The position numbers and the translations under genes were made by a program. DNA of 64,000 bases from Octopus sinensis (taxonomy: Eukaryota), in the NCBI RefSeq assembly GCF_006345805.1, contig NC_043020.1, positions 15,748,001-15,812,000 on the forward strand, in the 5' to 3' direction. Position 1 is the first letter of the stretch; each line of letters opens with the position of its first letter. Shown one piece after another: positions 24,881-36,993 of the stretch. The notes under the pieces were generated by a model that searched no databases, was not told the DNA's origin, and worked only from the letters and a program-made list of their open reading frames with translations.

Positions 24881-25439
24881 GTGGATTTTATGGAAATACC
24901 ATATACTCTTTCACTCAGGAAAAAGAGCTCTCATGATAAGGAGGGGAAAAACAAAAACAGATAAGATACAAATGCTGAAGTGGTTCTCTCCCCTAAAAGA
25001 GGATATTCACACTCTGTGTCATCTCAGTGTCTCTCTCTCTCTCTCTAAACAACTATAAGCAGCAGCAGCTGAAGTTCCAGCAACAGCCAGTAAATTTGGG
25101 GTTAGAAACCCTTTTAGATAAGAAAAGTCAAAAGCTACTCATGGGATATGAACTTACAACTGCAGACATATTATAAAACAGATAGATAAATATATGTCGG
25201 TGTGTACACACACACACACACAAATATATATATAACACATACTCACACATGCTCCCATACACACAAAGGCCCACATAATTTTAAGCTTGCACACATCCAT
25301 TCCCATGCACTCACCTCCATTCACACACACCATTCTCTCATATACACACACGTACTTGTGCACCCTAGTTCAGCAGGTTGCCATTATTGTCTCCCTTTCA
25401 CTCACAACTTCTTCCTTCTAGTCATTTCATTATGTTGAA

Positions 25440-25615
25440 CCATTAAACCCTACACATTATTTCTCTTTCCCTTTCTTTTTTGTTTTCTCTCCAACCTTTT
25501 CCCTCTCAGTCCTTTCTGTTGAAGACCATAGGCTAGAAAAGTAAAAAAACTTTTCAATTCTTTCCAAGTGTCAAACTAATACACCTGTCTTTGTCTTTTG
25601 TTTTCTGTACGTTTG

Positions 25616-25620
<5 letters not shown>
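25440..25620 (+). mobile_element. Degenerate HHR-a family element
   Basis: cctttCTGTTGAagacc-atag-gcta-GAAAagta. The mariner sits in its downstream (TA)n run. Confidence 0.65.
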
Positions 25621-25658
<38 letters not shown>

Positions 25659-25659
<1 letters not shown>

Positions 25660-26929
25660 TAGGTTGTCAAGAAAGTTCTTGCGGAATTATAATATTTTGG
25701 TTTTAAATGATGTATTTTCAAATAAATGTTTGTTAAATTACTTTGACTTTATATATAATTTTAAAGCCCATTGTTCGCTCTATCCAACTGTGTTACTCTT
25801 TTTCTTTTAGAATAATTAGGCCATTTTTTCTGGAACGTTGAATACAACATGGAGAAAAAGCACAATTTTCTTATTCCAGTTCAAGCTAGGCCGAAAAGCT
25901 GCTGAAACAGCTCACAATACCAAGATGTGTTTGGCCCAGAAACAACTAATGAACGTACAGCACAATGGTGGTTCAAGAAATTTCGTAGCAGTGTTGAGAG
26001 TCTTGAAGATGATAAGCGTAGTGGTCGGCCATCGGATGTTGACAACGATCAACTAAGAGCCTTAGTTGAGGCCAATCCAAGCACAACCTTTCGAGAGCTT
26101 GCTTCTAAATTAGACATAATGTACACAACAATTTCCAACCACTTGAAAGAGATTTGAAAAACAAAAATATTTGAAAAACGGTGCCACCCGAATTGAACGA
26201 CAACCAAAAGAAAACGCTGTTCTGAAGTGTCGTCTTCCCTTCATTTACACAACAAGAATGACCCATTTCTCGACCGGATTGTGACGTGATGAAAAGTGAA
26301 TTCTTTATGACAACCGGTGATGCTCAGCTCAGTGGTTGGACACCAGAGAAGCTCCACAGCACTTCATGAAGCCAAAGTTGCATCAAAACAAGGTCATAGT
26401 AACTGTTTGGTGGTCTGTGGCCAGTCTCATCCATCACAGCTTATTGAATTCAGACGAAACCATTATGGCGGAGAAGTACTGTCAGCAAATGGATGAAATG
26501 CATAAGAAACTCCGACAACAACAGCCAGCATTGGTCAAAAGAAAAGGACCAATTCTTCTCCACGACAACGCTTGGCTGCACGTCGCACAACTGACCCTGC
26601 AGAAGTTGAACAAATTCAGCTACGAAACTCTGCCTCATCCGCCAAACTCACCAGACCTCTCGCCTACCGACTACTACTTTTTCAAGCATCTCAACAACTT
26701 CCTGCATGAGAAATACTTCAAAACCCAAGATGATGCCAAACACGTCTTCAACGACTTCACTGCCACCAGAACACAGGATTTTTATGCTACTGGCATAAAT
26801 AAACTTGTTTTGCATTGGCAAAAGTGTGCTGATTCTGATGGTGCTTATTTCGATTAATAAAGTTTTGTTTGAGCTATGTGCATCTGAATTTAAAGGTTAA
26901 AAACCACAAGAACTTTCTTGACAATCTAA
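25659..26929 (+). mobile_element. Full-length mariner DNA transposon (Hsmar1-like, cecropia-type)
   Basis: 26-bp TIRs ttaggttgtcaagaaagttcttgcgg / ccacaagaactttcttgacaatctaa (2 mismatches), TA TSD at 25657-58 and 26930-31, length 1271 bp. Confidence 0.95.
25849..26857 (+). pseudogene. Disabled mariner DD34D transposase
   Basis: FKLGRKAAET, WWFKKF..LEDDKRSGRP, LDRIVT, LLHDNA, HPPNSPDLSPTDYYFF, KCADSDGAYFD*. Frameshifts after the start and near 25920, a stop at about 26156, and stops or a frameshift around the first catalytic D. Confidence 0.93.
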
Positions 26930-27974
26930 TATATTCAAATATTAAATAGAAGCAATGGTAGTGTAATAAACATTATCGATGACATATCAGTGGCTCTATT
27001 TCATAATTCAATTTTTTCTTATGTATGCATTGTCTGGGCATACCAGCATATAGTTTTCACACTATATGCATATAAGCCATGGACTAATTATATGATGAAT
27101 CTCTGATTTGGTTTGGGTACATGATGTTGATGCATGTGAGTGTGTGTGTTAGTGTATAGACACTGCTGCCTGTACTGATTTATCTATAAGCCATGCGATG
27201 ACAGACATACACTCTGCAATTTAGTGAACGTGTAGCGATGTGTCGGGGTGTATTCATGTGTGTCTGCATGTGTGTGTGAGTTTTTGTGTGGATGTGTGGG
27301 TTTAGGGTTGAATGTGGATGTGCATGTTTTTCTTGTGCAGTGTGGTGGAGGTCGGGCAGCTCTCAGCGGACCAACTGTGAGGAAGACAATAATAATTTAA
27401 ATTCAAATCCAATAGTGTATTTATGTCATAAGGAAAATTACTAACTGGAACCCGGACATACATATGTGCCACTTTGGATCCTAATGTAAGCGTTATTAAT
27501 AATATTATGAATTATAATAATGGTAGCATTAATGGTATTGACAACGATAATGATGCTAACTTTAATGACACTTTAGAAATTAGTAGGAAGTAATATAATG
27601 TACTATTGAGTATGTATATTTGCATCTAGGTACTAATATGTGTATGTTTATTATCACAATATTAAGTTGAAAAACTGAAACATTGAATGTGGAACATATA
27701 TATGTTTACTAATTTATAGTATTTATTTACATCATTATGTATATGTATATTTTTATATGTATAGGAGTGTGAGTATATGCACTCATATGTATATGTTGTA
27801 TTATGGGTATGTACCCACACCCATATGAGTATATATGTAGACTGATTTATATCACATAATCTCCGAAGGGGCCTTATAATATTTTTGTAAATGTCTCATT
27901 TATATCTATATATTGACCTACCATAAAAGGCTAATATTGGTAAAATGAGACATACTTATCTACATGGCCGAAAC

Positions 27975-29187
27975 AGGGAGAAGAGGGGAGAAGGAAAGGG
28001 GAGAAGAGGAGGGGGAAGGGGAAGGGGGAGAAGGAAGGAGAGGAGGAGGGAGGATAGAGGGAGAGGGGAGAGAGAGAAGGGGAGTGAGGGAGCAGAGGGA
28101 AGGGGAAGAGGGAAGAAGGAGGGAGGGAGAAAGAGGGAAGAAGGGAAGAGGAGTAGGGGTGAAAGGATGAAAGACTGAAGAGAAGTAGGGGTCGGGGGGG
28201 GGTTAGATGAGGAGGGGAAGAGGGGGGGGGTTAGATGAGGAGGGGGAGAGTTGAGACCAAATGGCGTATAAGAGCGAAGAGAGAAGATTAATTCCTGTTC
28301 ACGGTGCAAACGGGAATCTGGATGGCCTCTGTGTAAGGACAAACTGAACACAGACTGTTGCAAGGAGTGACCGGTGGAGCGGAAATGGCATGAGACCGGT
28401 GTGTCGTTCACAAGGCGAATGTCACGAAGGTGTTCCGCGAACCGGTCAGCCAAGTGGCGTCCCGTTTGTCCGATGTACAGGGAATGGCAGAGAGAGAGCA
28501 AGAGGCGCAATAGATAATATTGCTGGAGGTGCAGGTGAAGGAGTTGATGATGCGATAGGGTCAATGATGGGTGCCAGTGAGGAGGGTGGTGTTGAAGAGG
28601 TAAGGGCAAGTGTGGCAACGTGGGCGGGAGCAGGGGAACGAGCCAGGTTGGGAGGTAGGGTCAGGGAAGGAGCTATGGACCAAAAGGTCTCGAAGGTTAT
28701 GGGCTCGTTTGAAAGAGGGGAGGGGTCGGTTAGGGAAGAGGTGTGAAGTGGACGGGTCGGACTGGAGATGACGGAAAGCTTGAAGAATGGTGCGTTGGAG
28801 AGGTAGGGTCGTGGGGTGGTAAGTGAGGGGAAAAGGGAGGCGGGAGACTACAGGGCGGGTTCGGGGAGAGAGAGCAGATACACGGTCCACGGAACGTGCT
28901 CTGGCAAGGGCGGTGTGGATAGTGGTGAGGGGGTATCCATGTAGGATGAAGTGGTGAGCCATACGTTGAGACTGAGTCTCAAAGTCATGGTCGTCACTAC
29001 AGAGCCTACGTAGACGGAGGAATTGGGAATAGGGGATGGAAAGCTTGGTGTGTTCTGGGTGGGAGGAAGAGAAGTTGAGGTATGAGTGTGAGTCTGTGTG
29101 TTTGTAGTGAATGGAGGTGGTAAGAGTGGAGTGAAGAATGCTAACCGAAATGTCGAGGAAGGAGACAGAGGTGTTGGAGATAGTGAT
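27975..29187 (-). mobile_element. 5'-truncated Penelope-like element (Neptune-type): RT C-terminus, Zn-knuckle linker, GIY-YIG endonuclease
   Basis: SFLD..HYKHTDSHSYLNFSSSHP..SIPYSQFLRLRRLCS; FPCSRPRCHTC; after a TGA at 28561-63, SFTCTSSNIIYC; frameshift; CHSLYIGQTGRHLADRFAEH..REQELIFSL..PFGLN. The 5' end abuts (TA)n. Confidence 0.92.
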
Positions 29188-29266
29188 ACATATATATATA
29201 TATATATATATGATATATATATATATAATATATATATATATACACATATATAATATATATATACAC

Positions 29267-29311
<45 letters not shown>

Positions 29312-30371
29312 TACATATATATATATAATATATATATACATACTATATTATATATATAGACACACACACACACATACATACTGAGTGTCTAACTAATACA
29401 TTCTAAGTGCATAGCCTCTTGTTTTTAATGTTTGATTTTTTGATTTGACTATATATATATAGACACACACACACACACATACATGTATAAACACACACAT
29501 ATATATATAAGGATATAAAAAGAAAAATTATTACTTCAGATACAAATGAGAAACCAGTGAAAACAAGCACGCACACATACACACACGTGCCCCCTTTCAT
29601 GCACACGCACACACACATACGCACACACACTCCTCAACACATCACAAGTACATGCACTCGTGCACATGGCCATCCACTCCACCCCCAACCTCCTCCAAGC
29701 ACACACACACACACACACACACAGACACACAGAGCGCAACAAACAGAAGTGAATAAACCAACTTTCAGCGATGGTGCACAGATAATCGACATCTTTTAAT
29801 CTAACCAAAGAATGAGATACGAACAGGGAAACAAAAGCGAAACAGAAGGGAAAGCAAGAGAGAAGCCAATATCATTTCCCCCTCCTCCGGTCTCTCTTCG
29901 TCTACAAAGGTAACATACTTAGATGATGGTGATTTGTATAGTTCACCTGTGCACATATGTGCTGTGTGACTGTGTTGTTGTATAACATGGCTATGCACAT
30001 TATTTACATGCATAGCATGCACGAGGATGTATAGCATACATGCGTAACTCATGTGTATTGACGGATCATTGCCGAAGGCTCCAACTTCATGTGTTCCCAC
30101 GAGAGAGAGAAAGAGAGGGACAAAGAGAGTGAGTGAGAGAGAGAGAGGGAATGAGAATGTGTATGTTTATTCAAGTTTTAATATTATAAAGCATTTGAGT
30201 GTGGCAAGCAGGCAGAACCTTTAGCACAATGGGCAAAAATGCTTCGCAGTATCTTGTCCATCTTAATGTTCTGAGTTCAAATTCTGTTAGGGTTGATGTT
30301 TCCTTTCATCCTTTTTGAATTTATAAAATAAGTATCAGAAATATTAAATTTCTAAATGTCTCATAGAGATA

Positions 30372-30654
30372 TGTACGGTGGTGGGGCGATAGAGTGGTTG
30401 TATACTGTCAACTTAACGTGACAGTAGGGGTTTACACCACCGCTGTTTAGCCCTAGGAACCATCGACACTTCCTGTCAGCTTCGACACATTTCCTGTGTC
30501 CTTATATATTTATGAAGGGGTATTTGTCTCCCCTTCGTAAATATATAAGGACAGGAAATGTGTAGAAACCGACAGGAAGCGTCAATGCTTCCTAGGGCTA
30601 AACAGCAGTGGTGTAATCCCCTACTGTCACGTTAAGTTTATAGTATACAACCAC
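30372..30654. mobile_element. Foldback/MITE palindrome with ~126-bp arms and a 9-nt loop
   Basis: 30394-30520 pairs with 30530-30654 (gtggttgtata..gaagggg / ccccttc..tatacaaccac). The left end extends to ta|tgtacgg; the right end appears clipped. Confidence 0.88.
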
Positions 30655-30664
30655 AAAATAAGTA

Positions 30665-30725
30665 TCATATCTCAGGAAAGAGTCAGAAATGGTTATCGGA
30701 GAATTTCTATGACTTCACCAGCCAC
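30665..30725 (+). mobile_element. Small maT transposase fragment
   Basis: HISGKSQKWLSENFYDFTS, nearly identical to 55625-55670. Confidence 0.7.
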
Positions 30726-31200
30726 AGTTTCTGTAATCCATAGCACTTTCCTTCAATGACCATGCATGTTTAGCTAGGGCTGTTAAAATTTCACCACTCC
30801 TGGAAATTAAAGGAAGACTTAATTTATTGAATCTGGTCCTTGAAGGAACCTTCTGTTGTGTACACATATTTCTACACGTCTAACTGCCCACTAGGGTCTC
30901 CTGAAATTAACTATGCAATAATGTTTGAATTAATTTCATTGGCCATTTACCAAGCCCAACACAAAAGGTACACAAGACCAGCAGATTCAGGGACAGAACT
31001 AACACAATTACATACTGGTACTTATTTTATTGAGCCAAAAGGGAGGAAAGCAAGGGTGACCACAGGGGAATTTGAATATAGAACAGAAAGGGCTGGAGGA
31101 AAATGCCATTAGGCATTTCTTTCAGTGTGTTAAAGATGTTACCAGCTTGCCACCATAATGATAATAATAATAATAAAACAACAACAACAATAATAATAAT

Positions 31201-31743
31201 CAGGCAGTGGCTTTCATGGCTTCTCGTCTTAACTGATTGGAAGTGTTATCATGTACATTGTTTTGTCTTGGTATAAAAGATGGGCGACAGCAAACATTCT
31301 GCTCAATACCACAGATTTGCTTGTCACTTGTTTGACCGTAACCAGTTGAGCATGTCTCTTGGTGTCTGACGATATGTGCATCTCTGATCATGAGCAGAAG
31401 TAGCAGGGAAGCGTCATAGCCATGGGTTGAGAGGAATTCTTTAGAGTTTGAATAATTCACCTCTGGAAACATAGGTGTTTCATTCAACATCCTTAAACAA
31501 CCCTTATTCAGGGATCTTTTGAGTGGGATGGGCTACTCAACCTGAAGAAAATTCTAACTGGGCCCCACCTGGAAGGTCATGTACTGTTTATCTTGATATA
31601 AGATCATCATGTCGCGCACATATGGTTGTGATGCATGTGCCTGGAGTAGCCTTATCAGACGGGTAGTCATGATGGGTATACTGGGCTTTGTATATTTTAC
31701 CCTAGTGTCACTTTGATGGCATGCACTGCTCCCTCTCTCACTC
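31201..31743. mobile_element. Unclassified ~545-bp non-coding element nested in (AAT)n
   Basis: A complex, GC-richer block with sharp boundaries aataat|caggcag...ctcactc|aataat. No recognisable ORF, TIR or tRNA head. Confidence 0.55.
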
Positions 31744-31962
31744 AATAATAATAATAATAATAATAATAATCTCTTCTATTATAGGCACAAGGTATGAAAT
31801 TTTAAGGGGATGGAACAAGTTGATTACATCGATCCCACTGTTTCACTGGTACTTAATTTAACTGACTCCTGAAGGATGAATTTGAACTCAGAATGTAAAG
31901 ACGGATGAAATGCTGCTAAGCGTTTTGCCTGCCATGCTAATGGTTCTGCCAACTTGCTGCCT

Positions 31963-31990
<28 letters not shown>

Positions 31991-31993
<3 letters not shown>

Positions 31994-32373
31994 ATCATGA
32001 AGAAAAAAATGCCTTCTAATTGATGTATCAATACCAGCAGATGACAACGTGTCTCTAAAAGAAATGGAGAAACTTTCAAAATACAAAGACCTGGAAATAG
32101 AGGTAACTCGAATGTGGAATCTAAAAACAGAAACAATTCCTGTCATAGTAGGCGTATTAGGTATGATAAAAAAATATACAGACAAATACATAACAAAAAT
32201 ACCAGGACTTACAAATATATATAACATACAGAAATTGCACTACTGGGCACTGTACACATGCTACGCAAAACACTTTCAATACAGTAACCATCACTACAAA
32301 TCACAGCACATACTCAAGGCACACAGAGCTGTGCTCGGTAGTGAAGTGAAAGCACGCTATAAGAATAAAACTA

Positions 32374-32378
<5 letters not shown>
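31991..32378 (+). mobile_element. 5'-truncated Dong/R4-clade LINE (RLE domain plus 3'UTR) inside (TAA)n
   Basis: CLLIDVSIPADDNVSLKEMEKLSKYKDLEIEVTRMW..IPVIVGVLG..IQK, frameshift, LLGTVHMLRKTL. (TAA)n on both flanks, the known Dong target. Confidence 0.85.
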
Positions 32379-32410
<32 letters not shown>

Positions 32411-32412
<2 letters not shown>

Positions 32413-32808
32413 CTCTCTTTACTCTTTTACTTGTTTCAGTTATTTGACTGCGACCATGCTGGAGCACCACCTTTAGTTGAGCAAATCGACCCCAGGACTT
32501 ATTCTTTGTAAGCCTAGTACTTATTCTATCGGTATCTTTTGCCGAACTGCTAAGTTACGGGGACATGAACACAGCAGCATCGGTTGTCAAGAGATGTCGG
32601 GTGGACAAACACAGACACACAAACACACACATATATATATATATACATATACACGACAGGCTTCTTTCAGTTTCCGTCTACCAAATCCACTTACAGGGCT
32701 TTGGTCGGCCTGAGGCTATAGTAGAAGACACTTGCCCGAAGTGCCATGTAGTGGGACTGAACCCAAACCATGTGGTTGGTAAGCAAGCTACTTACCACAC
32801 AACCACTC
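32411..32808 (-). mobile_element. Full-length SINE A
   Basis: Head (reverse complement of ggagtggttgtgtggtaagtagcttgct..ggttcagtcc) through tail aaacaagtaaaagag. Confidence 0.88.
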
Positions 32809-32809
32809 C

Positions 32810-32840
<31 letters not shown>

Positions 32841-33756
32841 GTTTCAAATTTTGCCAGAAGGGAAGTAAGTTTGGAGGAGGGGATGAGTCGATTACATTGA
32901 CCCCAGTGTTGAACTGGTACTTATGTCATCGACCTCAAAAGGCAAAGTTGACCTCAGCAGAATTTGAACTCAAAATGTAATAGCGGACAAAATGCTACTA
33001 AGCATTTTTGCCCAGAGTGCTAATGATTCTGCCAACTTGTCGCCTTAATAATAATAATAATACTAAACTTAGGAAAATTGCTTTAAGCAGGTTCATACAG
33101 ACATTCCTCCAGCATCCATTAGTTTTTATTTGGAGTTCACATCAAATACTAAATCAATCATAATTTCTTATTTCCGATTTTGTTTTTTTTTTAATAGAAG
33201 GAATCAAATCTTTTGTTTTTTTACCACAAAATATCTTGATGTATTTATGGAGTATTCTCTATGACTTACCCTGCTCTTGCTGTCAAAAATGACATATTTC
33301 AATCACATTCTTCAGATGAGCTTTTTCCTTTACAGTTGGTAAGTTGTAATCAACATAACCTGATTCCAATCCATGCCTCTTCTTTCCTACTCTACCCACA
33401 CCCCATTACTCTATTTTTTCCGAAGGTTTAATTTTAAATAGAAAATGTCAGATAAATGCAGAAATGATGTTTATTTTCATTTTCCATTCTTTCTTTATTT
33501 AATTTTTCAATTTAAGTATGATATTAGTCAGTCGAGATAGTTGGCACCTCTGACAATGACTTCTTAATGCTCTGGCATTAAAAAAGAAAAGTGAGTAGAA
33601 AAATAAGGATAAAACCAACTCTTCAAGGCCTATTTTACAGGCAGTGGAAGAAGGTTGGAAAATGAATTAAGGGATGTTATATCCAAGACTGCCTTATGAA
33701 CAAATCCTAAAAAGCCTAATTGCAATTTTTATGCCAATGCTTATTATAATAATTAA

Positions 33757-34304
33757 CCCTTTAGTGTTTAAACTGGCCATATCATGGCTCAGTGGTTAGA
33801 GCGTCGAGCTTACGATCGTGAGGTTGTGAGCTCGAATCCCGGTCCGGGCTGCGTGTTGTGTTCTTGAGCAAAGCACTTTATTTTCACGTTGCTCCAGTTC
33901 ACTCAGCTGTAGAAATGAGTTGCGATGTCACAGGTGCCAAGCTGCATCGGCCCTTGCCTTTCCCATGGATAACACTGGTGGCATGGAGAGGGGAGGCCGG
34001 TATGCATGGGCGACTGCTGGTCTTCCATAAACAACCTTGCCCGGACTTGTGTCTAGGAGGGTAACTTTCTAGGTGCAATCCCATGGTCATTCATGACCGA
34101 AGGGGGTCTTTACCCTTTATCCTGCAGAATTATTCTGTTAGTTTTTATGTTCAAACCAGCCAGATTTGATATCTTATAATGACATTCTAAAAATAAAGAA
34201 TCTTGTCACCAAATTCTCAAAGCTGCAAGATAATGCAAGATCAATTCCAAACGATGTGAATCAATAAGCATTACATCTCATATAATAATTTGAATGCTAA
34301 AGGG
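33757..34304 (-). mobile_element. piggyBac-type MITE interrupted by a SINE D (33781-34112)
   Basis: TTAA|ccctttag...ctaaaggg|TTAA (TTAA at 33753-56 and 34305-08). Confidence 0.85.
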
Positions 34305-34685
34305 TTAATAGGAATATAATTTAGTAAAACCTCTTGGTGTTTAAACCAGCTGTATCTGGCCCAAACAGTCTACCTCATTTATGTACAGACAAGCTGGATC
34401 TTGACTCTCATACCTATCCAACAATGTTATTCTAAAAATAAGGAATCACAGCACTGAAAGTTTGAAGGTATGGGCGAGCTGGCAGAAATGTTAGCACGCC
34501 GGGCGAAATGCACAGCCGTATTTCGTCTGTCATTACGTTGTGAGTTCAAATTCCACCGAGGTCGACTTTGCCTTTCATCCTTTCGGAGTCGATTAAATAA
34601 GTACCAGTTACACACTGAGGTCGATATAATCGACTTAATCCGTTTGATTGTCCCTGTTATGTCCTCTCTGTGTTTAGCCCCTTGT

Positions 34686-35071
34686 GGGAAGCACTCCGTC
34701 GGTTATGACGATGAGGGTTCCGGTTGATCCGAATCAACGGAACAGCCTGCTCATGAAATTAACGTGTAAGTGGCTGAGCACTCCACAGACACGCGCACCC
34801 TTAACGTAGTTCTCGGGGATATTCAGCATGACACAGAGAGTGACAAGGCCAGCTCCTTGAAATACAGGTACAACAGAAACAGGAAGAAAGCGTGAGAGAA
34901 AGTTGTGGTGAAAGAGTACAGCAGGGATCACCATCATCCCCTGCCAGAGCATCGTGGAGTTTTTAGGTGTTTTCGCTCAATAAACACTCACAACGCCCGG
35001 TCTTTGAATCGAAACCGCGATCCTATGACCGTGAGTCCACTGCCCTAACCACCGGACCATTGCGCCTCCAC
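34686..35071 (-). mobile_element. Full-length SINE C with 12-bp TSD inside the tail of a SINE B (34470-35102)
   Basis: TSD ttagccccttgt at 34674-34685 and 35072-35083. Confidence 0.9.
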
Positions 35072-35589
35072 TTAGCCCCTTGTAGGTAGTAAAGAAATAG
35101 GTATGAGATAATACATAAAAAATTGAAAATGCGAATAAATATGCTATACATTTGACGGAGTAATCTGAATGTTAAAAGGTTTTAAGTAAAGGAAAACAAC
35201 TTGTTTGATGTAAATTTGATGAAAGAATTATCTCGCTTGGACATGAACACTTTGATGTCACACAGCAAATGTTCCACACAAATGCGGCAGGTTTCACACT
35301 TCAGATACACATACATATATTAAAATAAAAAAATGAAAACCAAAATATCTGGCATCACTTGAAAACATTTAATTTATATAGTGAATATAAACAGATAGAG
35401 TCTCTAAGAGCTGCTTCTAGAATAGCTAATCATTATTCCATAAGCCAGGCATGGTGTCATCGGAGAGGGGAAAGACAGAAAAATATAAAAGTGAAGAAAT
35501 ACCCCCAACTGATGAAACATGCATACATACATGTATACATACATGTGTATATATATATATATATATTATATATATATATATTATATATA

Positions 35590-35634
<45 letters not shown>

Positions 35635-36163
35635 ATATAAATATGAATAAAAAAATGGAGTTAACGCAGGTGTAATCAATATTTTTACTTTCGACACATG
35701 TTTCGAAAATTCCACTGATACTATTCAAAAGAATAAATGGTATAAACAATGCAATCTTCTCCTCAGGAAAGTGAAAAAAACGAAACTCGTCAATAAGACA
35801 TTTTAGCAAAAATTTTGCTGCCCTGGTAACTATTTATTCATTTTTCCGTGTTAATTGTTAACAAGGTAAAAATACACTCATCTATATATATATAAAATCA
35901 ATAAAATTAATCAATACTTGCTGAAATGATTACAGCATTATGCAAGATAGATTATATTGAATTATGATGAAACAACTGTAAATGAAGCATTAAAATGATT
36001 TGCTAACTCGATTTTTAGTCATTTGTCCTCACACACATACACAGATTATATTTCATTGGTAGAGTTTCATAAAGTTTCATACTAGTGCAGATTACCAAAA
36101 CTAACAATTCTTTTTCTATCATTCTTTATTGTTTTATTTCTCCTTCCACTTTTTCTACCACAG

Positions 36164-36216
36164 TAAACTACTGCGATAAGCATATCCACAACAGTTGTAT
36201 ACCCACTTATCTACAG
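36164..36216 (+). CDS. Candidate 53-nt exon
   Basis: Branch-like actaac at about 36107, a ~50-nt pyrimidine tract ending cacag|, donor CAG|gtatga. One open frame, NYCDKHIHNSCIPTYLQ. Confidence 0.3.
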
Positions 36217-36993
36217 GTATGACCATATATACATATATCTACAGGTATGGCCTTATATCTATATACTTGTGTATTTTTACAAATATATATATGAGTCTGT
36301 GTGTGTATCACACACACATATGTGTATGCATGTATACAAGTATATATACACATCCATATTTAATCATATATTTAGTTATGCATAAGAATCGGTGTTCTTG
36401 AAAATAAGATAATTTTATTCTGCTTTTATTTTGTTTTTGCTTCTATTCATGTAATACGTATATTGATACATGAACATATATGTATAAGTATGTGTGCATG
36501 TATACGTGTGTGTGCGTGTGTGTGTGTGTGTGTGTGTGCATGCACCTGCAGACGTGTACGTGTGTATATATATATTTATGTATTATACAAATTTTTCTTA
36601 AGAAAATAACTAATATGAAAACTTCCTTCTAAAAGGTTTATGCTATTCTGTTTTTCAAAAATGTTTTTAATATAATAAATAATTTTTATTTTCAGAAAAT
36701 ATTTCTTTAAATATATATATATAATTATAGGTGAGCTCATAAAATTATTAGCATGCTGGGTGAAAGGCTTAGCAAAATTTTGTCCGTGTTTTATGTTCTA
36801 AGTTCAAATTCTGCTGAGGTCAACTTTACCTTTCATGCTTTCTGGGGTCAATAAAATAGGTACCAGTTGAGCACTGGGGTTGATGTAATTGACTTACATA
36901 GGTGTGGTTATGTGGTAAGAAGCTTGCTTCCCAACCACATGGTTCTAGGTTCAGTCTCACTGCATGGTACCTTGGGCGAGTGTCTAGTGCTAC

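Noticed and set aside
25849-26857. Domesticated SETMAR-like host gene
   Set aside because: Multiple stops and frameshifts, intact TIR/TSD context and no SET exons; it is a dead transposon copy.
27341-27376. 36-nt plus-strand exon-like segment
   Set aside because: All frames are open by chance at this length, the donor is modest, and the region may belong to a PLE-associated repeat.
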